Assembly (NCBI GenBank): GCA_029059055.1
Contig: JAIDWS010000022.1
Location: 3,433-67,432 of the forward strand
Direction of reading: 5' to 3'
DNA from: Alphaproteobacteria bacterium
GTDB taxonomy: Bacteria; Pseudomonadota; Alphaproteobacteria; Rs-D84
Length of the DNA stretch: 64,000 nucleotides
Shown: positions 35,999 to 44,132 of the stretch, piece after piece
How positions within the stretch are numbered: the first letter of the stretch is position 1
Layout of the letters: each line of letters opens with the position of its first letter
Notes under the pieces: model-generated
What the model was told of the DNA's origin: nothing
The model's database searches: none
The model's input: only the letters and a program-made list of their open reading frames with translations
Made by a program: the position numbers and the translations under genes

Positions 35999-37099
35999 AT
36001 GTCAAAGATTTTGGTATTTTTTATCGCGACGATAACGGCACTGGCCGGGGGGGCGCATGCCGTTACGGCACGGACCGCAACCACGTCCGCCGCACGCAGT
36101 GCCATGAACAGTGCCGCCACCCCGACATCGGCATATAATTACAATTACATGTACCCGTATCTAAGCAACCAGATGCGTACGGATTTAAACCCCGGCGTCA
36201 CCCCGGATTTGTCGGCCAATCCCATCAGTGTGATTACCCGCACCGAACAAATGAATCCCGGTCGTCGGGTTGTCCCGCGCGCCGCCACCACATCACGCAG
36301 TGCCACCGCAACCAATTCGTCCGGGACGGCGACAACATCTGCGGCGGTACGGGCGGCCACCACGGCGGCAAATTCAGCACGTGCGGCAACGGCGTCTGCG
36401 ACAACGACGCGTGGGGCAACATCGGGCGCAAACACGTCCACCAATGCCCGCGCCGCGGTCCCCACCGCAACGTCCGGCGACACACGTCGTGTTGTTGCCC
36501 GTGGCAATACCCGCACCACATCCACCGCACGCAGTGCGCGTGGCGACGCATCATATTTGGCCAGCGCATCCGACGCCACGGCCATCAATAATTCCACCAC
36601 GGTGTCTTTGCCGGCGTCACGCTGTCTGGCGGATTATACAGAATGTATGAATGATTATTGCCAGCGTGAAAAAACAGAATATAACCGCTGCTATTGCAGT
36701 GCAAAATTGGCCCAAATCGACGCACAGTACCAGCCTGCTATCGACAAACTGATTACACAGCTGGCGCGATTACAGGGAATCAATCAATGGACTGATGCGG
36801 AAATGAATCAGTACTGGATGGATACCGTGGGCAAATACACGGGCGATAATTCCTGGGTGAACCTGGACAACGCCCTGGACATCAACTGGGCGGATACCGA
36901 AAGCCGCGTGCGCGGCCAACAGGCATTTGCCACCGGTCATGATTATTGTGTACAACATTTGCGCGGCTGTTATTATATGGCATCCAACATGCGCGATGCG
37001 TACCGTTCAGAAATTGCACGTGATTGCGCGACATACGAATCGTCTTTGCAGCGTCTGCAACGCGCAATCGAAAGTTTAGTGGAGACTTACAATGAATAA
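35999..37099 (+). CDS. secreted protein: T/A/R-rich disordered region plus 'CMNDYC' Cys module (paralog of 54785..57829)
   Basis: Signal peptide MSKILVFFIATITALAGGAHA, about 170 aa of RxATT-like low complexity, then CLADYTECMNDYCQREKTEYNRCYCSAKLAQID. Confidence 0.6.
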   Translation: MSKILVFFIATITALAGGAHAVTARTATTSAARSAMNSAATPTSAYNYNYMYPYLSNQMRTDLNPGVTPDLSANPISVITRTEQMNPGRRVVPRAATTSRSATATNSSGTATTSAAVRAATTAANSARAATASATTTRGATSGANTSTNARAAVPTATSGDTRRVVARGNTRTTSTARSARGDASYLASASDATAINNSTTVSLPASRCLADYTECMNDYCQREKTEYNRCYCSAKLAQIDAQYQPAIDKLITQLARLQGINQWTDAEMNQYWMDTVGKYTGDNSWVNLDNALDINWADTESRVRGQQAFATGHDYCVQHLRGCYYMASNMRDAYRSEIARDCATYESSLQRLQRAIESLVETYNE

Positions 37100-37928
37100 A
37101 TTTTTGGGTATTGAATACGGCCGCGCCGCGACGGCCAAAATTGTCATGGATGGTCCGGCATTGGGTCCGCGCGCGGTGCGCGATATGTTCCCGAACGCCG
37201 AATGGACATTTGTCACCGCGGACGCGGTTGATGCCCAGACATGTATGGCGGACCGATTTGGCGATGCGTTCGCCGTTCACCAGAAAACATATGCCGCGGT
37301 ACCCCGCGACCGTCATATTATGATTGGCGGTGACCATTCGGTGAATTTCGGGCATTTTGCGGCCATCGCCGATCAATTCGCAGACACAGACGTCTGTTTG
37401 GTCTATATCGATGCGCATTTGGACATACACACCCCCGAATCCAGCATCGCCCAGGCATCCGGCGCCCCGCACGGCACCAATGTGCGCGCATTGCTGGGGG
37501 ATGGGGATGCCCGCTGGTTGGGGATGCAGAAAAAATGCCCGGCGTTAAAACCTGAAAACCTGTTTTATTTGGCCACCCGTTCGTATGAACCGGCGGAAAT
37601 TGAATGCGTACGAAACAATAACATTTGGATGCGGACAACCGACGAATTAAAAAACCCGGACCAATGGGCGGCCGCGGTCCAAGAAATCCGCGCCCGCATC
37701 GGCAATCGCCCGTTTGTCGTATCATTTGATTTTGATGCGATTGACCCGGCACATTTTACAGATGTATTGGTCCCGGAACCAAACGGCATCAGTGTTGACG
37801 CAGCCGAATTTTTGACCCGCGCGTTCAAAGACGCCCACAGCTTTGAATTTGTGGAATACGCGCCGCGTGGCGATAAAAACACGGCTGATTTGGCAAAAAA
37901 ATTGATTGGTATCGTTGCCAACCAGTAA
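37092..37928 (+). CDS. arginase/agmatinase/formimidoylglutamase-family hydrolase
   Basis: Mn-binding signature blocks GGDHSV, IDAHLDIHTPE and SFDFDAIDP. ATG overlaps the upstream stop by 8 nt. Confidence 0.78.
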   Translation: MNKFLGIEYGRAATAKIVMDGPALGPRAVRDMFPNAEWTFVTADAVDAQTCMADRFGDAFAVHQKTYAAVPRDRHIMIGGDHSVNFGHFAAIADQFADTDVCLVYIDAHLDIHTPESSIAQASGAPHGTNVRALLGDGDARWLGMQKKCPALKPENLFYLATRSYEPAEIECVRNNNIWMRTTDELKNPDQWAAAVQEIRARIGNRPFVVSFDFDAIDPAHFTDVLVPEPNGISVDAAEFLTRAFKDAHSFEFVEYAPRGDKNTADLAKKLIGIVANQ

Positions 37929-37969
37929 TGGGCCCGCGGATTGCCCATAAACGCAAAACCGGTGCAAAA

Positions 37970-38947
37970 TTATCTGCACCGGTTTAAATTATCACGTAAC
38001 AACGCATTCATTTCCGGGGGTAAAAATTCGTGGTATTGATAATAAAACATACGCACCCCATCAGCCACATCATATTGCTGGGCATATGGATGCGGTTGTT
38101 CCACGACCAATCGCACGGCATCGAACCCACCCCGGCGCCACGCCCGGTCAATACAGCGATAAATCTTGCGCGCCCGATATGATATCCCGGCGTACGCCGT
38201 CGGAAATGTATCCCCAAAATCAATCCGCCGCCCGCAACGGTAATTGCGTTCACAGACCTCACTCAGACGGGTGGTGAATATTTCATATCGGTTGCGCCGT
38301 ATCCATCCGTCGTTATCATCCCCGCCCCATGCCGACAATATATACGGATCATGGAACAGTGACGCCATATACACCGGATTATTGTGGCGCGGTTCGGCGG
38401 CATATGCCGCAAACGCCGTCGGAATTTCATACAGCGGCCCATGGCGACCATATGCGCTGGCACCATTTGAAAAATAAACTTTTAATGCGTAATCACATTT
38501 GATTTCCGGGAACGACATCTTGCACACGTATCCGAACGCGCCACGCCAAACATCACTGCCGCTGCGGCCTGGTGCGCCGCGATACGAAATTCGGCACGAC
38601 GTTCCAAACATTGCCCCAATGGCGGGCAAATCGTATTCACCATCTTTCTGGGCCGTGCGCAAAGCGTACCCATTATCGACCAGAAATTCTTCCAATGCGT
38701 TGCGGAACCACGTCGTCACCACCGCGACATCCGCCGGTTTTAACCGCGCCACCAATTCCGGCGGTAACGCCCCAATCCGCGGGTCCACATCACATGTTGC
38801 CAGAATGTTTCGCAATTCCATCGGCGTGCGCAAATAATGATGCCGCAACCAATGCGTCAACGACACATGCCGGGTTTTTGGCGCGGGGCGCCGTTCACAC
38901 GAAGATAAACGTACAGTATTCACGCCCAAATAATAGTACAAAAACAA
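37970..38947 (-). CDS. hypothetical protein with faint protein-kinase-like motifs
   Basis: GAFGYVCKM (Gly-loop-like), YALKVYF (VAIK-like) and RIDFGDT (DFG-like), but no HRD/catalytic loop is seen. TTG start at 38947; an alternative ATG at 38821 exists. Confidence 0.4.
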   Translation of the reverse strand: MFLYYYLGVNTVRLSSCERRPAPKTRHVSLTHWLRHHYLRTPMELRNILATCDVDPRIGALPPELVARLKPADVAVVTTWFRNALEEFLVDNGYALRTAQKDGEYDLPAIGAMFGTSCRISYRGAPGRSGSDVWRGAFGYVCKMSFPEIKCDYALKVYFSNGASAYGRHGPLYEIPTAFAAYAAEPRHNNPVYMASLFHDPYILSAWGGDDNDGWIRRNRYEIFTTRLSEVCERNYRCGRRIDFGDTFPTAYAGISYRARKIYRCIDRAWRRGGFDAVRLVVEQPHPYAQQYDVADGVRMFYYQYHEFLPPEMNALLRDNLNRCR

Positions 38948-38953
38948 TAAATG

Positions 38954-39151
38954 TCAACCACCTAATTCCGCACACATGCGATTATGGCGATAAATATTGC
39001 GCGCCAAATCATCACTGATGACATCCCAGTCTGTGGCGCGGCCGAAAATGGGCTGGCACACGGTCACCGCGCACGTATTATTCGGCAATGGTGTATTTCG
39101 CGCGCAAGATGCGACGAATATCAGCAACCCCGGTATGCAAAGCTTCCACAT
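38954..39151 (-). CDS. o-spanin-like lipoprotein (Rz1-like), start embedded in the preceding gene
   Basis: ATG at 39151, 6 nt after AGGGGGA. Lipobox LLIFVASC, then CQPIFGRATDWDVISDDLARNIYRHNRMC, which fits the C-x-PI...D...I..HN...C pattern I recall from alphaproteobacterial prophage o-spanins. Confidence 0.5.
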   Translation of the reverse strand: MWKLCIPGLLIFVASCARNTPLPNNTCAVTVCQPIFGRATDWDVISDDLARNIYRHNRMCAELGG

Positions 39152-39305
39152 TAATTTCCCCCTGTTTTTGAATAATTTGTGTATGCAGAATTTGATTTTC
39201 TGCGGCAACATGTTCCCGGCAATTTGCACGTCCCAGCCGATTTCCGGCAACATAGGCCGCATAAACCACCGCGCAAACGGCCCCCACGGCATAGATATGT
39301 TTCAT
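39078..39305 (-). CDS. i-spanin-like membrane-anchored protein (Rz-like)
   Basis: 75 aa with an N-terminal TM segment (IYAVGAVCAVVYAAYVAG) and a helical charged remainder. It overlaps the lipoprotein ORF out of frame over 39078-39151. Confidence 0.45.
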   Translation of the reverse strand: MKHIYAVGAVCAVVYAAYVAGNRLGRANCREHVAAENQILHTQIIQKQGEINVEALHTGVADIRRILRAKYTIAE

Positions 39306-39439
39306 GTTAAAATCCTGTTGTGTTTATTTCCCCATTATTTTATACTTTTTATTGAACCCACAGGGATGTGGGTTCGGGACTTAGAAAATCCCAATCATCG
39401 CGGTGGCATGCCATCGTAATCCGACCAAAATGCTGCGAT

Positions 39440-39622
39440 TTTGCGGCATATGTTACGTCCCCGACGGGTATATATCCGGCCGGGAAGCTGTTGGTTATAC
39501 AACAAGATGCCCCGGGCATCCAAAGGCCAACAGGGTCTTTCGATGATTGATTTTTCTAACTTCCCGACCACCAAGAACACTGGTGGTTTTTGTTTCATAC
39601 AAAACAAAAGGGATGAAAAATC
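39440..39622 (+). promoter_or_regulatory. structured leader RNA, diverged copy E
   Basis: Outer helix cgggaag (39481-39487) : cttcccg (39560-39566). Terminator accacca-agaacac-tggtggt-TTTT (39567-39591). The SD context aacaaaaggga is shared with copy A. The inner hairpin differs (tgttg-GUUAUA-caaca). Confidence 0.4.
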
Positions 39623-40210
39623 ATGAAAAAAACCGTCTTTATCATCGCCATGTTCATAATGGCAATCGGCTGCGCCGGGGCCAGCCATGCAGCGAATGAA
39701 ATCATCGGCACCACCTGTACAGAATCAGCATGGCAAAGTTGTCTGACCAATTATGGCGTGACATATGATTCCAGCTGTTCAAATTCCGCATGCAGCCTGT
39801 GTAACAATCGGTCATCGTCGGCGGGGCTGACGAATTCATTCGGCATTGTTACCAGCACAACATACAGATACGAAACCAATTGCCCATCATCATATGGCGG
39901 CACCGCCACGTGCAGCTGTAAACAAACCAGTTCGTCATACAAATGTGCATCGGGTTATTACGGCACAGCGACATCCAGCACCAGTGGTTGCACCGCATGC
40001 CCATCAAACGCGACATGTGCCGGCGGTAATAATTCCACATTTTCCTGTAACAAGGGATATTACAAAGACGGGTCATCGTGTTCCGCATGCCCCGGCATTG
40101 GTACATCCGCCGCCGGCGCGACATCGATATCATCATGTTACATCCCGGCCGGCACGACGTATTCCGACAGCACGGGTGGTGGGGAATACACCGCCAATTG
40201 TCCATATTAA
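39623..40210 (+). CDS. secreted Cys-rich protein (family member 3)
   Basis: Signal peptide MKKTVFIIAMFIMAIGCAGASHA. Repeats: CASGYYGTATSSTSGCTACPSNATCAGGNNSTFSCNKGYYKDGSSCSACPGIGTSAAGATSISSCY...TANCPY. Confidence 0.72.
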   Translation: MKKTVFIIAMFIMAIGCAGASHAANEIIGTTCTESAWQSCLTNYGVTYDSSCSNSACSLCNNRSSSAGLTNSFGIVTSTTYRYETNCPSSYGGTATCSCKQTSSSYKCASGYYGTATSSTSGCTACPSNATCAGGNNSTFSCNKGYYKDGSSCSACPGIGTSAAGATSISSCYIPAGTTYSDSTGGGEYTANCPY

Positions 40211-40237
40211 AAAATCCCCCGGATGGGGGATTTTTTT
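40209..40237. terminator. bidirectional terminator
   Basis: aaaaaatcccccggatgggggattttttt between convergent genes 39623..40210 and rho. Confidence 0.7.
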
Positions 40238-41504
40238 ACTGATTCATTGAACCAAAGAAATCCGCATTGGTCTTGGTCAGGCGCAGTTTATCCAACAAGA
40301 ATTCCATGGCTTCCAACGTTCCCATGGGATTGATGATACGGCGCAAGACATACATCTTGGACAGGATATCTTTGCCCACCAACAGGTCTTCTTTGCGTGT
40401 GCCGGATTTGGTGATATCAATGGCGGGATACACGCGTTTATCCGACAATTTACGGTCCAGAATAATTTCGCTGTTCCCGGTCCCTTTGAATTCTTCAAAG
40501 ATGACTTCGTCCATTTTGGACCCGGTATCGACCAGGGCTGTTGCGATAATGGTCAACGAACCGCCACCTTCGATATTACGTGCGGCCCCGAAAAAGCGTT
40601 TTGGACGCTGTAACGCGTACGCATCGACGCCACCGGTCAAAACCTTGCCGCTGGACGGGACGCATGTGTTATACGCACGTCCCAAACGCGTGATGGAATC
40701 CAGCAAGATAACGACATCCTGGCCGGCTTCGACCAAGCGTTTGGCCTTTTCAATAACCATTTCGGCGACCTGGATATGGCGCGCGGCCGGTTCATCGAAT
40801 GTGGACGAAATGACTTCGCCTTTGACGCTGCGCTGCATGTCGGTCACTTCTTCGGGGCGTTCGTCAATCAACAGAACAATCAGCTTTACATCCGGATAAT
40901 TGGTCGCAATCGAATGCGCAATGTTTTGCAGCATAACCGTTTTACCCGTACGCGGCGGCGCCACAATCAGACTGCGCTGGCCTTTGCCGGTTGGCGATAT
41001 CAGGTCAATGACCCGCGCCGACAAACTGCGTCCACGGTCTTTGTCATCGACCACTTCCATTTTCAATTGTTCATCCGGATACAGCGGCGTCATATCGTCA
41101 AACGACACGCGATGGCGCAGTTTTTCCGGTGTATCCCCGTTGACGCGTTCAATGGTTTCCAACGCGAAATAGCGTTCGGATTCGTTTTGGGGTGCCTGAA
41201 TCTGTCCTTCGACATAATCGCCGGTTTTCAATCCGTATTTTTTAATCAGTGCCGGTGACACGTACAAATCATCCGGTCCCGCCAGATAATTGCTTTCGGG
41301 GGCGCGCAGAAATCCAAATCCATCCTGCATCCGTTCCAAGACGCCGTCACCAATCAGTGTGACCTTTTTATCCGCGGCGTGCGCGCGCAGAACGGCAAAG
41401 CGTAATTGTTGCACATTCAACTGCGACGGATTTTCAATTCCCATGTCTTCTGCAATTTTCAACAGCTGCTTGGGCGATTTTGCCTTTAATTCATTTACAT
41501 GCAT
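40236..41504 (-). CDS. rho: transcription termination factor Rho
   Basis: 422 aa: [25 protein letters not shown], Walker [12 protein letters not shown], and [12 protein letters not shown]. Confidence 0.95.
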   Translation of the reverse strand: MHVNELKAKSPKQLLKIAEDMGIENPSQLNVQQLRFAVLRAHAADKKVTLIGDGVLERMQDGFGFLRAPESNYLAGPDDLYVSPALIKKYGLKTGDYVEGQIQAPQNESERYFALETIERVNGDTPEKLRHRVSFDDMTPLYPDEQLKMEVVDDKDRGRSLSARVIDLISPTGKGQRSLIVAPPRTGKTVMLQNIAHSIATNYPDVKLIVLLIDERPEEVTDMQRSVKGEVISSTFDEPAARHIQVAEMVIEKAKRLVEAGQDVVILLDSITRLGRAYNTCVPSSGKVLTGGVDAYALQRPKRFFGAARNIEGGGSLTIIATALVDTGSKMDEVIFEEFKGTGNSEIILDRKLSDKRVYPAIDITKSGTRKEDLLVGKDILSKMYVLRRIINPMGTLEAMEFLLDKLRLTKTNADFFGSMNQ

Positions 41505-41691
41505 TTAATATGGTCCTTTTGTGGAAGTTTTCGGGGCGAAACAGTCCAAACTGTCCCCGCAGAGATATTTTTATTATAAACCATTTTGACAAAAAAGTCA
41601 AGGCAAAGCCCCGGCGGCGTGTTTTTTCCTTGCATTTTGGCGTCAATCCTGCTCAAATCAATCATAGATTAAACAAAAAAGGAAAGCGATT

Positions 41692-42147
41692 ATGGCAGGC
41701 AGCATTAATAAAGTCATTCTGGTCGGCAACATCGGCCAAGAACCCCAGGTTCGCACAATGAACAGCGGACAAAAAGTGGTCAGTTTTTCACTGGCGACAT
41801 CGGACCGCTGGCGCGACAGACAAACCGGTGAACAAAAGGAACAAACCGAATGGCACCGCGTTGTTGTGTTTAACCCGAACCTGGTCGATGTGGCCGAACG
41901 CATGTTACAAAAAGGCACCAAATTGTATATCGAAGGCGCCCTGAAAACGCGCAAATGGCAAAATCAACAGGGTGTCGACGTTTACACCACAGAAGTTGTC
42001 CTGAACCCGTTTTCCGGCCAGATGGTCATTCTGGGCGGTGCCAAGGCGATGGATGGCGGCATGTCGGGCGATTATGGCGCCGCGCCTGCCCCGGCCCCAC
42101 GCGAAGAAATTTCGGTTGCCGAAATCGGCGATGACATTCCGTTTTAA
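41692..42147 (+). CDS. ssb: single-stranded DNA-binding protein
   Basis: [37 protein letters not shown]...TEWHRVVVF, with the acidic tail DDIPF. Confidence 0.95.
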   Translation: MAGSINKVILVGNIGQEPQVRTMNSGQKVVSFSLATSDRWRDRQTGEQKEQTEWHRVVVFNPNLVDVAERMLQKGTKLYIEGALKTRKWQNQQGVDVYTTEVVLNPFSGQMVILGGAKAMDGGMSGDYGAAPAPAPREEISVAEIGDDIPF

Positions 42148-42164
42148 TGGGATGAAACCATACA

Positions 42165-42194
42165 CGCGCCCGCGATTGCGGGCGCTGTTTTTTT
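42165..42194 (+). terminator. ssb terminator
   Basis: gcgcccgcgattgcgggcgc followed by tgttttttt. Confidence 0.7.
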
Positions 42195-42200
42195 ATTACA

Positions 42201-42476
42201 TTGCAATCATACAATTTTCACGATATAATACGCATGTCGCCGGGTGTTCCGGCGATGGGGTGTGATGACCCGTGTGATAGCGTCGGAATACTGTCATATG
42301 GCGCGCAAAATGGCGCCTGTTTTAATATTTCGATGAAAAGAAAACTCCTGAAACCCATTGGGTCAGGAGGGTTGCGAATATATTGAATAAGCACACAATT
42401 CTATCAATTGTCATCAACCTCCTGACCACCACGAAAATGGTGGTTTTTTGTTTAACAAAGCATCAGGAGATTGAAC
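42201..42476 (+). promoter_or_regulatory. promoter plus structured leader RNA, copy B
   Basis: TTGCAA (42201-06), 17 nt, TATAAT (42224-29). 5' hairpin cgccgg-GUGUU-ccggcg (42238-54). Hairpin ctcctga...tcaggag (42345-69). Outer helix 42361-70 : 42418-27. Inner hairpin loop GAAUAUAUUGAAUAA. Terminator 42425-49. SD caTCAGGAGa (42461-70). Confidence 0.6.
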
Positions 42477-42551
42477 ATGAAACAAAAATTAACGGCGATA
42501 TTGACATTGCCGATATTATTGGCATTGCCAACCGACCGCGGATACGCCGCC
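42415..42551. repeat. inverted repeat, left arm (leader 3' part plus signal-peptide codons)
   Basis: 137 bp, the reverse complement of 44058-44194, with 4 mismatches that I can see. Confidence 0.85.
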
Positions 42552-43274
42552 GGTGACGTTGGCACAACAATAAAATGCAGCAACGATGCCAGATGTACAA
42601 ACTATGTCGCGTCCACATACAGTTATGGGGGGACAAAAGAACCCACAACCACACTATGCGATACCAATACATATGGATATTGTTGGCTCTGGGGCGACCT
42701 GTGCGTATCAAACGGTTTCGGTAATGATACACCGGGTTACTGCACCCAACGCTGTGCAGAACGGGGTTACGATATCTTGGTCTATGACATGAATAACAAT
42801 TACGAATGGGGATGCGCCTGTGTTCGGGATACATCATTCCAAGAATGGCAAAAATACAGCACCAGACGTATGCAAAAATATACCCCCACATACCGCAACG
42901 ACATGACCGCTGGGAAATGCACCGTCACCGCCACCCCGACCGGCGAATATCGATGCGCGGCCGGATATTATGGCACCGCAACATCAGAATCCGCCTGTCT
43001 CGCATGTCCCACCAACGCCACATGCAGCGGGGGAACCACATTTATGTGTAATGTCGGCTATTACAGAAATGCCGCCAAAACCGGATGCACCAAATGTCCA
43101 GACAGCAAAACCGCCGGCTTGGGATGGGACGCCAATGGAAATGGGGTTGCGGCCGTGGGCGGCGGTGATGATATCAGCTGGTGCGCCATTGCATCTGGGA
43201 CCGTGTTACACGATAACACCGGAACGTTCATTGTGGACCCCGACAATGAACTGACGGATGGGTGCGAATATTAA
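42477..43274 (+). CDS. secreted Cys-rich protein (family member 4)
   Basis: ATG at 42477, 6 nt after the SD; the track's TTG at 42471 is less likely. Signal peptide MKQKLTAILTLPILLALPTDRGYAA. Repeats: YRCAAGYYGTATSESACLACPTNATCSGGTTFMCNVGYYRNAAKTGCTKCP...LTDGCEY. Confidence 0.75.
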   Translation: MKQKLTAILTLPILLALPTDRGYAAGDVGTTIKCSNDARCTNYVASTYSYGGTKEPTTTLCDTNTYGYCWLWGDLCVSNGFGNDTPGYCTQRCAERGYDILVYDMNNNYEWGCACVRDTSFQEWQKYSTRRMQKYTPTYRNDMTAGKCTVTATPTGEYRCAAGYYGTATSESACLACPTNATCSGGTTFMCNVGYYRNAAKTGCTKCPDSKTAGLGWDANGNGVAAVGGGDDISWCAIASGTVLHDNTGTFIVDPDNELTDGCEY

Positions 43275-43277
43275 CAC

Positions 43278-43301
43278 AAATCCACCCAAATGGGTGGATT
43301 T
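43278..43301. terminator. bidirectional terminator between the convergent paralogs
   Basis: aaatccacccaaatgggtggattt. Confidence 0.65.
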
Positions 43302-43313
43302 ATGATTGGTCAT

Positions 43314-44132
43314 TTAATAAGTTTGATATTCGCATCCGTCATTCGCGTCATCGGTAATGACAAATGTGCCGGTGGCGTCATGCAGCACCGTTCCCGCGGG
43401 AATACTGCACCATGACAATTCGTCCACACCACCCACGGCGGCCACGCCATTTCCATTGGCATCCCATCCCAGACCGCCCGTTTTGCTGTCTGGACATTTG
43501 GTGCATCCGGTTTTGGTGCTGTTGATATAAAATCCGTCCTTGCATGAAAATGTGGAATTATTTCCACCACGACACGTCGCGTTTAACGGGCATACGGTGC
43601 ATCCGGTGCGGTCCGATGTGGCGGTGCCATAATATCCGGCCGCACATCGATAATTATCGGTGGTGGTGGCGGTGACGGTGCATCCTGCGCCGGATGAACC
43701 GCTGGAATATGTTGGTTTATATTGCCGCATGTACCCACTGTTGCCGGCAACGGCGCGCCATTCTTGGAATGACGCGGATTGAAAACAGGCACACCCCCAT
43801 TCGTAATTGTTATTCATATCATAGACCATAACATCATAACCCGCATTTGCGCAGTTTTGGCTGCACACGTTATATGCGTCGTGGCCGGAACCATTTCCCA
43901 GACACACCCCATCCCACAACCAACAATATCCACTGCCACCAGCGGTACATGGCGCCGTTGTGGTACTCTTGTCACCAAATTTGTGATAAGATGCGCCGAC
44001 GTATTTTGTACAACTGTCCGCATACGCACATTTTTCCACGATATTCACTTCCAAACTGGCGGCGTATCCGCGGCCGGTCGGCAATGCCAATAATATTGGC
44101 AATGTCAGTATCGCCGTTAATTTTTGTTTCAT
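43314..44132 (-). CDS. secreted Cys-rich protein (family member 5)
   Basis: ATG at 44132. Its signal peptide differs from member 4 at a single residue (PTG vs PTD). Repeats: YRCAAGYYGTATSDRTGCTVCPLNATCRGGNNSTFSCKDGFYINSTKTGCTKCP...ANDGCEYQTY. Confidence 0.75.
   Translation of the reverse strand: MKQKLTAILTLPILLALPTGRGYAASLEVNIVEKCAYADSCTKYVGASYHKFGDKSTTTAPCTAGGSGYCWLWDGVCLGNGSGHDAYNVCSQNCANAGYDVMVYDMNNNYEWGCACFQSASFQEWRAVAGNSGYMRQYKPTYSSGSSGAGCTVTATTTDNYRCAAGYYGTATSDRTGCTVCPLNATCRGGNNSTFSCKDGFYINSTKTGCTKCPDSKTGGLGWDANGNGVAAVGGVDELSWCSIPAGTVLHDATGTFVITDDANDGCEYQTY

Noticed and set aside
35758-36120. The N-terminal extension of the tail-fibre-like ORF (291-aa version)
   Set aside because: The extension overlaps the divergent gene start at 35999 and lacks any SD. 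The TTG at 35757 follows AGGAGA and starts exactly at the conserved fibre N-terminal motif.
42238-42262. Resemblance of the leader 5' end (gccggGUGUUccGGCGAUGGgg) to the fluoride (crcB) riboswitch core GGCGAUGG.GUUC.CC
   Set aside because: Only a short stretch matches. The rest of the crcB pseudoknot consensus is not recognisable. The downstream genes are not fluoride-related. Copies A and C do not keep the GGCGAUGG string.
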